A stretch of 64,000 nucleotides of DNA from Dehalococcoidia bacterium (GTDB lineage: Bacteria; Chloroflexota; Dehalococcoidia; Plut-88900), in NCBI GenBank assembly GCA_965249275.1, contig CBDFLQ010000005.1, positions 64,001-128,000 of the forward strand, given 5' to 3'. This document shows, in pieces, positions 21,071 to 30,394 of this stretch (positions are counted from its first letter, which is position 1; each line of letters begins with the position of its first letter). Position numbers and translations under genes: made by a program. Under the pieces are notes generated by a model. It saw only the letters and a program-made list of their open reading frames with translations, was not told the DNA's origin and did not search any database.

Positions 21071-21583
21071 ATGCCCTGCAATGCTGACAATGGCCTAGTT
21101 CGTCACACAAAAGCGACCTACGGAGATTCGTTTAAGCCAGATTTGCTGGAGCAGTACAAGTTGTATGTGCAGTCAGCTGAGAATGTTAGTGCACGGCGTG
21201 TCGCATCAAGCCGTTACTTGCTGACGATTAACGCTTCTCTAATTGCTTTGTACGGACTTCAGTCCGCAGGATTCGGGCAGAGTTACTGGACATTACTGGT
21301 TCCTGCAATAGGAATTCCTATCTCCATACTCTGGTATCTGATCATCAAGTCTCATGCCAACCTAAATCGCGTGAAATTCCACGTGATCCACGAGTTAGAG
21401 CAACATTTGCCGGCGGAAATGTACAAATATGAATGGCACTTGGCTGAGGAAGGGAAAGGCAAGGCCTATCGGGCCGTGACAACCATAGAACAATGGGTGC
21501 CTATTCTATTCACTTTACTGCACGTCGCTCTGACTATCATGATAAGTCTCGCAATCACTCGTGTCATAGATTGGACGCAGTGA
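21071..21583 (+). CDS. Small membrane effector-like protein (RipA/8xMP-like, about 3 TM)
   Basis: LLEQYKLYVQSAENVSARR...TIN, LN..KF.VIHELE..LP. Confidence 0.7.
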   Translation: MPCNADNGLVRHTKATYGDSFKPDLLEQYKLYVQSAENVSARRVASSRYLLTINASLIALYGLQSAGFGQSYWTLLVPAIGIPISILWYLIIKSHANLNRVKFHVIHELEQHLPAEMYKYEWHLAEEGKGKAYRAVTTIEQWVPILFTLLHVALTIMISLAITRVIDWTQ

Positions 21584-21824
21584 CCGCATCACTAGGGCCA
21601 GCATGGAGCGGGCGACCTTAGCCCGTCTATCGGACTCGTACAACGATGAGGATTTGGCCCAGATCTGCCGTCGCTTGTACACTTGTCACCCACCTCCCAG
21701 CCCTTCCCCTCGAGATAACGAGCCACCCTCCACCCCACCCCACCCCCCTTGCCCCCTCATCCACAAATCCTTCATAATCCGGCCATCGGGATCCTGACGC
21801 TGCAGTAGCTCAAGGAGGTCGTGC

Positions 21825-22325
21825 ATGGGTGCTTTGAAGAGTTATGTAGTCCGAGTGGGTTCTTTAGAGCTCGGGATAGTCATCTTCTGGATGCTTTTCT
21901 GGCTCGCCAACGGATTAGCCAAGGTGATTCCCGGCGTCCATATCGGCGTGAAATTCGCCGAGAAGGGCGACACAAACTTCTTCACCGTCACCCTGGACAA
22001 GATGGGTTGGGGCACGAGTCTCGGCGAGTTTGCCTTCTACTTCACGGCGGCCTTTGAACTGCTCGTCGGGGTAATCTTCTTATGGGCCTTGATACAGTTC
22101 TTCATGCGAACCGGTTCGGCAGCGCGTCAGCCGTGGATACTGCTGGGGCTCTTCATCAGCGCCATCATATTCACCGTATTCGCCTTCTCGAACGTCGTTA
22201 CGGCGACCAGCCCGGATGTCCTTTTCTCGCACACGGCCTACTTCGCCTCCGTTGGCGTATCGTGGCTGGTGATCGTCGGCCAGAGCATGTGGATGCGCTC
22301 AAACGGGAACGGCGAAAGCAACTAG
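21825..22325 (+). CDS. Hypothetical membrane protein
   Basis: AAGGAGG RBS; four hydrophobic segments. Confidence 0.75.
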   Translation: MGALKSYVVRVGSLELGIVIFWMLFWLANGLAKVIPGVHIGVKFAEKGDTNFFTVTLDKMGWGTSLGEFAFYFTAAFELLVGVIFLWALIQFFMRTGSAARQPWILLGLFISAIIFTVFAFSNVVTATSPDVLFSHTAYFASVGVSWLVIVGQSMWMRSNGNGESN

Positions 22326-22449
22326 CCGTCGCACGGTAGGGCCTTGAGGCCCAAACGTGTCAAGAGAGGACCGTCACGTCCCTTGATGCCGCGCGGGCAG
22401 AACGGGCTCCCCCTGGAAGAAAAACGCCTCTCGCCCTCCCGAGCCCCGC

Positions 22450-23703
22450 TTAAACGAAACCCCTCAGCTGTACCGTGCGGGCCACCCGCTCCACCCCGAT
22501 ATCGAAGGCCGCCTGCCTCAGCGACATCCCGCTTTCTCCGGCCCTGTCGGCCACGCCGTGGTAGGCCGGCACGATCCGCTTGTACAGCTCTTCGTTGACC
22601 CGCTCCTCACTCCAGTCGAACTGCTGGATATTTTGCGTCCACTCGAAGTAGGAAACCGTGACGCCGCCTGCGTTTACCAGCAGGTCGGGCAATACCTGCA
22701 CTCCCCTTTCCTGCAATATCGTATCTCCTTCGGGAGTGGTGGGATGGTTGGCAGCCTCCAGGACTAACCGCACCGGGAGTCGACGCGCCTCTTCCTCTCC
22801 AATCACGTTTTCTATAGCGGCAGGAACGAAAACGTCGGCATCCATTTCCAGGACGTCGCCCGGCGCACAACGCTCACCCCCCGGGAACCCCTCCACCGAG
22901 CCATTGCCGGACACAAACTCGACCAGCTCGGGAATGTTCAAACCGGCGCTGTTGTGTACCGCACCCCGAACGTCGGCCACCGCCACGATTTTCGAGCCAG
23001 ACTCATGGGCCAGGCGGCAGAACCACGACCCCACGTTCCCGAATCCCTGGACGGTTATCCGTGCCTTGCTCAGGTCCAGCGACATGTCCTTGGCAGCTTC
23101 CTGCAACACGTACAGGGCACCGCGCCCCGTGGCCTGCTCCCTCCCCACCGACCCACCAACCTCCACCGGCTTGCCGGTCACAACCGGCAGCGTGTAGCCG
23201 TGGATCTTGCTATATTCGTCCATAATCCAGGCCATGGTGTTGGCGTTAGTGCCCAAGTCGGGAGCAGGAATGTCCCGGTAGGGGCCCAGAAGGTGTTCAA
23301 TGTTCTGAGTGTAGCGTCGGGTAACTGCATTGAGTTCCCGTTCGCTCAGGGCGTGTGGGTCAAGTTGAATGCCGCCCTTGGCCCCGCCGAAGGGCAGGTC
23401 CAGCAGTGCGGTCTTCCAGGTCATCAAAGAGGCCAGAGCCCTCACCTCGTCCTCGTCGGCCCGGGGATGGTATCGCACGCCTCCTTTGTAGGGACCCCGA
23501 GCCCCGTTGTGTTGCACACGATATCCGTGGAACACTTCAACGCGCCCATCGTCCATCCTCACCGGCAGCGATACCCTCAGGTCGCGCCACGGTTCCCGCA
23601 GCATCATGCATGTACCGGCATCCAGCCCGAGCCGCGCCGCCGCAGTCTCGAAGTGGAGCATCACGTCTTTCTGGGCGCTGCGGTGTTTAGCTTCGGCAGT
23701 CAT
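22450..23703 (-). CDS. Glu/Leu/Phe/Val dehydrogenase (glutamate dehydrogenase-like)
   Basis: GPYKGGVRYHP, GGAKGG, DIPAPD, VQGFGNVG, NAGGVTVSYFEW. Confidence 0.95.
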   Translation of the reverse strand: MTAEAKHRSAQKDVMLHFETAAARLGLDAGTCMMLREPWRDLRVSLPVRMDDGRVEVFHGYRVQHNGARGPYKGGVRYHPRADEDEVRALASLMTWKTALLDLPFGGAKGGIQLDPHALSERELNAVTRRYTQNIEHLLGPYRDIPAPDLGTNANTMAWIMDEYSKIHGYTLPVVTGKPVEVGGSVGREQATGRGALYVLQEAAKDMSLDLSKARITVQGFGNVGSWFCRLAHESGSKIVAVADVRGAVHNSAGLNIPELVEFVSGNGSVEGFPGGERCAPGDVLEMDADVFVPAAIENVIGEEEARRLPVRLVLEAANHPTTPEGDTILQERGVQVLPDLLVNAGGVTVSYFEWTQNIQQFDWSEERVNEELYKRIVPAYHGVADRAGESGMSLRQAAFDIGVERVARTVQLRGFV

Positions 23704-24169
23704 AAAACCTCCGGAAAGTCCTTGTCAGGGTGCTAGGCCAGGTCTCGAGGCGGATAACCATATCCTCACGCGGGGGATGGTCGTGGGTCCCGGCAATGCG
23801 CCATCGCGTCTACACCATCATTATGCCCGAAGACAGCCCCATCCGCGGAATCACCCGACGTGGCAGCGACCCTACAGACCGCGCCACAGCCTACCAACAA
23901 CAGTGCCGGGCCTCCTAGCTCCCACCCCTCGACCTCTCGCAAGTGAGTTAAGCGCGTCCACATTCTGAACTAATCGTATACACCAGACCCCCACCCCGCG
24001 TATCCTCCTCCCGGTCAACTGGTGGGTATAAGTGGATAGTAGATCGCACCGTCTTCGAGATGTGGTTAAGCGTGACTCTGGCAGGATGCTGTCCGAGGCT
24101 CGGGGAGTCTACCTTAGCCTTGTTGGAACCGTTGGTTCGGGAGCTGCGGACGCAACTGAGGCTAGTCCA

Positions 24170-25267
24170 TCAGTTTGATGAGCCACCCAGACCTCCGCTG
24201 AAATACCACGCCTGCGAACCCAAGACTTGGGGGTGTTGACCTATCTGCTTCGACAGTTCGGCTGGGAACTCAGATTCGATGGCCTCGATTGCCTCGAAGA
24301 TCAGCGGGCGGGCGAAGTCACCTGGGGAGCCGGACAGAAGCGCCATCCACACTGATGGGTAGTAACGGGCAAGTGTTCCCAAAGCAAATGAGGTCAAGTA
24401 TAGCTTGAAGAATTCGTTGAGCTTGTCGCCGTTAGGGAAGTCCGCGATTCCATGCATCAGTGCTTGGGGCCCCTCTGTTTCATGGAACAGTGGAAACTTG
24501 GACTGATGAGCAGAGCTGGCTTCATGGCGAAATACCAATCCCTGCTGAGGGATTGGAAGTGTGAGATTTGGCCATCCTTTGGGCATTGGTTGAATGGTAA
24601 CGGACCGTTGATCGACCAGTTTCAGAACCTCGTCTGGCGGCTTTGTAAACAGGAGGAAATGGGTTTCCGCCGCATAGGTGGTAACGATCGTCAGGAACCA
24701 CTTTGGGTCTCTGCCGGTTACTCCCTGAAATGAGTGCATGGTCTGTTTGAGTCGAGAGAGCAAATCGCCCAAGGTCAGGAGTCCCCCGGTCGTGCAAAAC
24801 TTGATATCGCCGAGGTCGTGCTGAAGTACTGCCTTTGACTTTGATTGGTGGCTGAAGTATTCCGTATGGTGCACATTGGGAATTGCTTCTACCAACTCAA
24901 GAAACGTGCCACGCTCGGCTTGAATTCCCAAGTCAAGAATATTTTTGATCCCACCACTCATAGTGCCTCGCCAGCCCACCTCTTTCACTCCGTGCGCCTG
25001 CGCCAGTGATTCTGATTTCTTGCTGGCATTCCTCAGGAGGATCGCCCCCCTGGACAAGGACAGCACCCCGTAGTAGAGGAGGAGCGGTTTGACGCTCATA
25101 TCCGATGAGGATGCGCTCTTGAAGTATTCCCGTCCCTGGATGAAGAAGGCGTTAATTTGCCTTGTCTTGGCGGTGTTCATCTCCCTCTGGTGGGTCTGCT
25201 GATACCACGACCTCGCCAGGTCGTATGATTCGAACCGGGAGATGTTGTGCCATTCTTGGTTGGTCAA
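24170..25267 (-). CDS. YaaC-family protein
   Basis: QGREYF...VKPLLLYYG...HG and LGTLARYYPSVW motifs. Confidence 0.75.
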   Translation of the reverse strand: MTNQEWHNISRFESYDLARSWYQQTHQREMNTAKTRQINAFFIQGREYFKSASSSDMSVKPLLLYYGVLSLSRGAILLRNASKKSESLAQAHGVKEVGWRGTMSGGIKNILDLGIQAERGTFLELVEAIPNVHHTEYFSHQSKSKAVLQHDLGDIKFCTTGGLLTLGDLLSRLKQTMHSFQGVTGRDPKWFLTIVTTYAAETHFLLFTKPPDEVLKLVDQRSVTIQPMPKGWPNLTLPIPQQGLVFRHEASSAHQSKFPLFHETEGPQALMHGIADFPNGDKLNEFFKLYLTSFALGTLARYYPSVWMALLSGSPGDFARPLIFEAIEAIESEFPAELSKQIGQHPQVLGSQAWYFSGGLGGSSN

Positions 25268-25589
25268 AGATTACCCCTCCTTTCGCTTGACGGGATGGAA
25301 ACTGAGCAGGCGAGACGAATTCAGTCTCCTTGAGCCAGATAATGTGAGCTTACCTGCATTGTACTGCGAACTTTCATCCCGATTAGCCAACACACACCAT
25401 ATGTTGCGGTACTCTTGGAATCCAGCCCTTAACCCCCCCACCCCCCACCCCTCCCTGTTGTCTTCTCAACATCCCAGACTTATTCTGTCGTGCATGAGCC
25501 GGCCATCGATAGTCCTCCCGCCCGAGCTACAAACGTGCACTGCACCAACGACCCCGTGCCATTGCCCACCTGGATAAAGGAGCTTGCAA

Positions 25590-26351
25590 ATGACCGATGT
25601 CTTTAGGGATAAAGTGGCACTTGTTACAGGTGGCAGCTCCGGTATTGGCCGAGCCACGAGCCTCGCTTTCGCCCGCCAAGGGGCCCGCGTAGCGATTGCA
25701 GACCGGGAGCCGACCGGCGCTGCAGAGACGGCTCGCATGATAGAAGATATCGGAGGCAGCGCCACAGTGTTCGAGCTCGACGTCACCAAGGCGGATCAAG
25801 TAGCCTCGGTTATAGACAGAGTAGTGCAGACCTACGGCAGGCTGGACTGCGCTTTCAACAACGCCGGTATCGGCGGTAAGGTCGCCAAAACTGCCGACTA
25901 CCCTGAGGAAGAATGGGACCGGATAATTAACGTCAACCTGAAGGGCGTCTGGCTTTGTATGAAATACGAGATTCCCGTTATGGAGAAGCAGGGCGCTGGC
26001 GCGATAGTAAACACGGCCTCCATCTACGGGCTGGCAGGCGCGGCAGGCTACATAGCCTACAACGCCGCCAAACACGGGGTTGTCGGGATCACCAGGACCG
26101 CGGCGTTGGAGTATGCAACAGCCGGTATACGAATCAACGCAGTCTGTCCCGGCTACATCCGCACACCGATGACCCAGCCTGGCATCGACGCCAATCCCGA
26201 GTTCGAGCGAAAGATGGTCTCCCAGACCCCCATGGGAAGAATGGGTATGCCCGAGGAGATCGCCGAGGCCGTCGTCTGGCTATGCTCAGACGCAGCGTCC
26301 TTCGTCACCGGCCACGCCATGACCCCAGACGGCGGCTACATGGCCCAGTAG
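25590..26351 (+). CDS. SDR-family oxidoreductase
   Basis: TGGSSGIG, NNAG, YNAAKHG. Confidence 0.95.
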   Translation: MTDVFRDKVALVTGGSSGIGRATSLAFARQGARVAIADREPTGAAETARMIEDIGGSATVFELDVTKADQVASVIDRVVQTYGRLDCAFNNAGIGGKVAKTADYPEEEWDRIINVNLKGVWLCMKYEIPVMEKQGAGAIVNTASIYGLAGAAGYIAYNAAKHGVVGITRTAALEYATAGIRINAVCPGYIRTPMTQPGIDANPEFERKMVSQTPMGRMGMPEEIAEAVVWLCSDAASFVTGHAMTPDGGYMAQ

Positions 26352-26465
26352 CTCGGCCATCGATCATCCCCGAATCCCTCCCACTGACCCATTCTTGCCT
26401 TCCCGACGCCCCAGGTGCTAACTTCCTCCCGTCGCGTTTCACCTATGCCTGGAGGAGGTGGCCCC

Positions 26466-28046
26466 TTGTTGGACATCTTGATCAAGAACGGCCTGGTGGT
26501 CGATGGTACGGGCAACCCGGGATTCTACGCCGGAGTGGGCATTCAGGGTGAGACCGTTGTCATACTCCGGGGAGACTACTCGCATATCGAGGCCACCCGG
26601 GTCATCGACGCCGCCGGCAAGGTGGTCTGCCCAGGGTTTATCGACATGCACGCCCACACCGGTCTCGTGATTCTGGCCGAGCCCGAGCACCATCCCAAGG
26701 TCCGACAGGGCATCACCACCGAGCTCGTGGGTGTCGACGGCAACTCCTACGCTCCCTTCACCTCCCACGATGACTTTCTGGACTTCGTCGAGCTGAACTC
26801 GGGCTTGGACGGGTCGCCACCCCTCCCCGGCCGCTGGTCGACGGTGGCGGAGTACCTGTCCATGTTCGACAACAAGGTGGCCGTGAACATCGCCTACGTC
26901 ATCGGCAACTCCCCCATCCGGATCTGCGCCATGGGCTGGGACGACAAACCCGCCACCGACGCCGATCTCGCCAATATGAAAGCGATGATGCGCGAAGGCC
27001 TGGAGGAGGGCGCCTTCGGCCTGTCCACCGGCCTCGACTATCCCCCCGGAAGCTACGCCGACACCGATGAACTGGTCAGCCTCGCACGGGAGGCCGCCCG
27101 GCTGGGTGGCATCTATCACACCCACCTGCGCAACACCCTCGGCGATCGGTTTCTGGACCCGGTTAAAGAGGCGCTGGAGATCGGCCAAAGAGGGGGCCTC
27201 CCTTGCCACCTCACCCACTTCTATCAGCGGATCACCCATCCGGGAAGCGCCCGTCAGCTCCTGGACCTGGTGGAGGGGTCCGTCGACGGCGGGCAGGACG
27301 TGACCATGGACTGTTATCCCTACGAGTACAGCAGCACCCGGGCGTTGATCCTGATTCCCCAGTGGGCCCACAACGGAGGCCCGAGAAAGCTGAAGGAGGT
27401 CCTGCGTTCAGAGGAAGGCCGGGAGCGCCTGCGGGACGAGGTCCGTGCTCGGGGCACCGGGTCTTGGAACGACATCTGGCTGACCTACTTCAAGCATCCC
27501 CACAATCAGAGGTTTGAGGGACGCTCCGTCGCCGAGATTGCTGAGATGATGGGCAAAAGCGAGGTCGACGCCCTATGCGACCTCCTCCTCGACGAAGACC
27601 TTCAGACTTCCTACGTGTCCCCTGGGCCGAACCTGTCTACCCTGTCCGACTTCATGACCCATCCTCTCACCATGGTCGGCACCGACGCCCTTCTCCTCGG
27701 CGACTACCCCAGCCCGAGGACCTACGGCACCTACCCGACCATCCTCTCCCACTACGTCCGCGACGAAGGCTCCATCACCCTGGAGGAGGCGGTCAGGAAG
27801 ATGACGTCCTTCGCAGCCCTGCGCCTGGGCATACCGGACCGAGGCATGCTCCTCGACAACATGAAGGCCGACGTCGTCATCTTCGACCCGGCCACCGTAA
27901 AGTCTCCGTCCACCCGCCACCGGCCAAAGCAATACCCCACGGGCATCGAGCACGTCCTGGTAAACGGCCGGCTGGTAGTAGACGACGGCGACCACACCGG
28001 CGCCCTCCCAGGCCGAGCCATCCGCCGCGGCCGCCCCTCCACCTGA
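26466..28046 (+). CDS. N-acyl-D-amino-acid deacylase (D-aminoacylase family)
   Basis: PGFIDMHAH, GLSTGLDYPPG, PRTYGTYP; TTG start after GGAGGAGG. Confidence 0.92.
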   Translation: MLDILIKNGLVVDGTGNPGFYAGVGIQGETVVILRGDYSHIEATRVIDAAGKVVCPGFIDMHAHTGLVILAEPEHHPKVRQGITTELVGVDGNSYAPFTSHDDFLDFVELNSGLDGSPPLPGRWSTVAEYLSMFDNKVAVNIAYVIGNSPIRICAMGWDDKPATDADLANMKAMMREGLEEGAFGLSTGLDYPPGSYADTDELVSLAREAARLGGIYHTHLRNTLGDRFLDPVKEALEIGQRGGLPCHLTHFYQRITHPGSARQLLDLVEGSVDGGQDVTMDCYPYEYSSTRALILIPQWAHNGGPRKLKEVLRSEEGRERLRDEVRARGTGSWNDIWLTYFKHPHNQRFEGRSVAEIAEMMGKSEVDALCDLLLDEDLQTSYVSPGPNLSTLSDFMTHPLTMVGTDALLLGDYPSPRTYGTYPTILSHYVRDEGSITLEEAVRKMTSFAALRLGIPDRGMLLDNMKADVVIFDPATVKSPSTRHRPKQYPTGIEHVLVNGRLVVDDGDHTGALPGRAIRRGRPST

Positions 28047-28261
28047 CCTTGGCGGGGCAGTTACCTCGGCCATCCCCGACCGCACCACCCTTCCACTGCG
28101 GCAGACTGCGCTCCCTTCGCTCCTTCTTGCTCGTCATGCCTCACCTCCCACCGCGGGATAGGCGGCGGGAACCGGAGCTCACAAGGGAAAGCGACTCAGC
28201 TTCCTTACCTATCGATGCTGTATTATAGTCTCGAAGATTCTCCCTGCCAGAAGGATGCGAT

Positions 28262-29329
28262 TTGACTAGGACTACCATCAAACTGAAAGTCGTTCAGGAT
28301 ACCTGCCTCGGACATACTGTGTTCAGAGGGTCAGCGCCCGCTAAGGATATCGTAGAAGCGGGGTGGATAGACTTCCATGATCCAGACCAGAATCCCCTAG
28401 GGTATCAACGTGCTTTTGACAAAACTCGAAGTGAAAAGGCTCGCATATATGCTGAAGGCACAGCTGACGCTTTTTGGCCCGAGTCTATTCTCGCAATTCG
28501 AAGCGATGCCGACCTCCTAGAGGAGGAAGAGGTTGAATGGACGTTTACTCCGGACAGTCCAACAAATGACCATTACGGCACCTTAGAGGTCACTTACACA
28601 CACGAATTGACAAGTAATATAAACGGTGAGGATGTGCCTTGGCGTAGGGCCTTCTCTCAGGTCGACTGCCAACATCGGCTGGGTTCGATGCGCGATTCAG
28701 ACAAGCCCATCACCTTCTGCGTGATTCCGGGAATCAGTCGGCACCAGGAGGCAACATTATTTCAAGTTATCAATAAGAACCAGAAGGGCATTTCAACCTC
28801 CTTGGTGGATACCATAATCTTACTTACTGTTCCTAATCCCACTAACCATATGCTGTGGGCTCGGGATCTCGATGCTGACTTGGCCAGCCCTTTCCACGGT
28901 CTTGTAGACACGGGCGGGCGCGGAAGAAAAAACACCCTAATTACATTTCGCGGCCTTCGGAACAGCCTACAGCAACTGATTCCATCCAGGTACGTCGGCA
29001 ACGGTAGCATCGACTACCAGCAGGGATATACGTTCGCCCGGAATTATTGGCAAGCTGTACATGACGAATGGCCAAAAGAGTTCGGCGATAAGAGCGCGTA
29101 TAAGATGATGGTTAACCCTGGTGTGCTGGCTCTGTCACGCCTTGGTCGACTACTCTTCGAATCCAAGGTCGACGTCCAAGACTTCGGGAAATCTTCGATT
29201 GCAACCTATCTGCAAGGAGGTAAGCCCGATGTAGATTGGTCGGTGGCTGGCCCTTTCAAGGACGCAACAGGGAAGGGTGCCGTAAAGCTGGTGTTTAACC
29301 AGCTCAAGCAATGGTTCGGCACGCCTTGA
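28262..29329 (+). CDS. DGQHR-domain (DndB-like) protein
   Basis: GYQR, P.SIL, VDCQHRL variant motif, LF..IN..QK. Confidence 0.8.
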   Translation: MTRTTIKLKVVQDTCLGHTVFRGSAPAKDIVEAGWIDFHDPDQNPLGYQRAFDKTRSEKARIYAEGTADAFWPESILAIRSDADLLEEEEVEWTFTPDSPTNDHYGTLEVTYTHELTSNINGEDVPWRRAFSQVDCQHRLGSMRDSDKPITFCVIPGISRHQEATLFQVINKNQKGISTSLVDTIILLTVPNPTNHMLWARDLDADLASPFHGLVDTGGRGRKNTLITFRGLRNSLQQLIPSRYVGNGSIDYQQGYTFARNYWQAVHDEWPKEFGDKSAYKMMVNPGVLALSRLGRLLFESKVDVQDFGKSSIATYLQGGKPDVDWSVAGPFKDATGKGAVKLVFNQLKQWFGTP

Positions 29330-29354
29330 TGTCCGCAAGCCTGGACAGCGCCTC

Positions 29355-30224
29355 ATGAGCGCTATCGTAGTAGGCAACGCAGCTTCTGTCCTCAATAGGA
29401 TTCCAGCGGGATTGGCCCAAGCCTGCATCACCAGCCCGCCGTATTGGGGTCTGCGTGACTATGAATTGGCCCAACAGATTGGAAGCGAGGATAATTTATC
29501 CACCTACCTTCGCCGTCTTGCTCGCGTCTTCGCGAAACTAAGAGCCGTAGTGAGGCCTGACGGCGTTCTGTGGCTGAACATAGGTGACACCTATACCAGC
29601 GGAAACAGAGGGTGGCGAGCTGAGGACAAACGGAATCCCGCTAGGGCAAGAGGCTGGAGGCCCGACAACCCTCCGGGAATGAAGAATAAAGAGCTTGTTG
29701 GCCTTCCGTGGGAGTTAGCGCGGGTCATCCGCCGACGAGGTTGGTACCTTCGCTCTGAAATTATCTGGCAGAAAACCAACAACCAACCTGAATCGGTGAA
29801 GGATCGTCCGACAAGATCCCATGAACAACTCTTCTTATTCTCTAACGCAGAACAGTACTATTACAACAGTCAAGAAATCGCTGAGCCTGCGAACGGTGAC
29901 GGACGGACGAAGAACCGCAGATCAGTGTGGCCTTTACAAACTGAACCGTTCAACGGAAATCACTTTGCCGTCTTCCCGACTGAATTGGTGCGGTTGTGTA
30001 TTCTTGCCAGCACCCGTCAGGGCGACCTCGTTATAGACCCCTTTTTCGGATCTGGAACTGTCGGGGTAGTTTGTCGGGAACTAGGAAGACGTTTCCTAGG
30101 CATTGAACTAAACTCCGAATACGCCGAAATCGCTAGAACTCGCCTTGAGCTTCCACCCGAGTCCGTTATTAGGTCCCGCGCGACGGATTTGAGTTCGATA
30201 TTGTCTTTGCTGAACACCAACTAA
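29355..30224 (+). CDS. N4/N6 DNA methyltransferase (beta class)
   Basis: TSPPY precedes DPFFGSGT; HFAVFP. Confidence 0.92.
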   Translation: MSAIVVGNAASVLNRIPAGLAQACITSPPYWGLRDYELAQQIGSEDNLSTYLRRLARVFAKLRAVVRPDGVLWLNIGDTYTSGNRGWRAEDKRNPARARGWRPDNPPGMKNKELVGLPWELARVIRRRGWYLRSEIIWQKTNNQPESVKDRPTRSHEQLFLFSNAEQYYYNSQEIAEPANGDGRTKNRRSVWPLQTEPFNGNHFAVFPTELVRLCILASTRQGDLVIDPFFGSGTVGVVCRELGRRFLGIELNSEYAEIARTRLELPPESVIRSRATDLSSILSLLNTN

Positions 30225-30394
30225 ACCTAGTGTGGTTGGCACCGCTCGGAAATCTAGTCATCGAGCCTTGCCTAACGCCCCTATTGGGTCTACATTCGAT
30301 ACGGAACGTGGAAGACTCGGTCGGCTGATACCCCCCACCCCCCCCACCCCTCCAAGTCCCCCTCCCAAAGAATCCCCCAGCAGCCCCCCAACCC

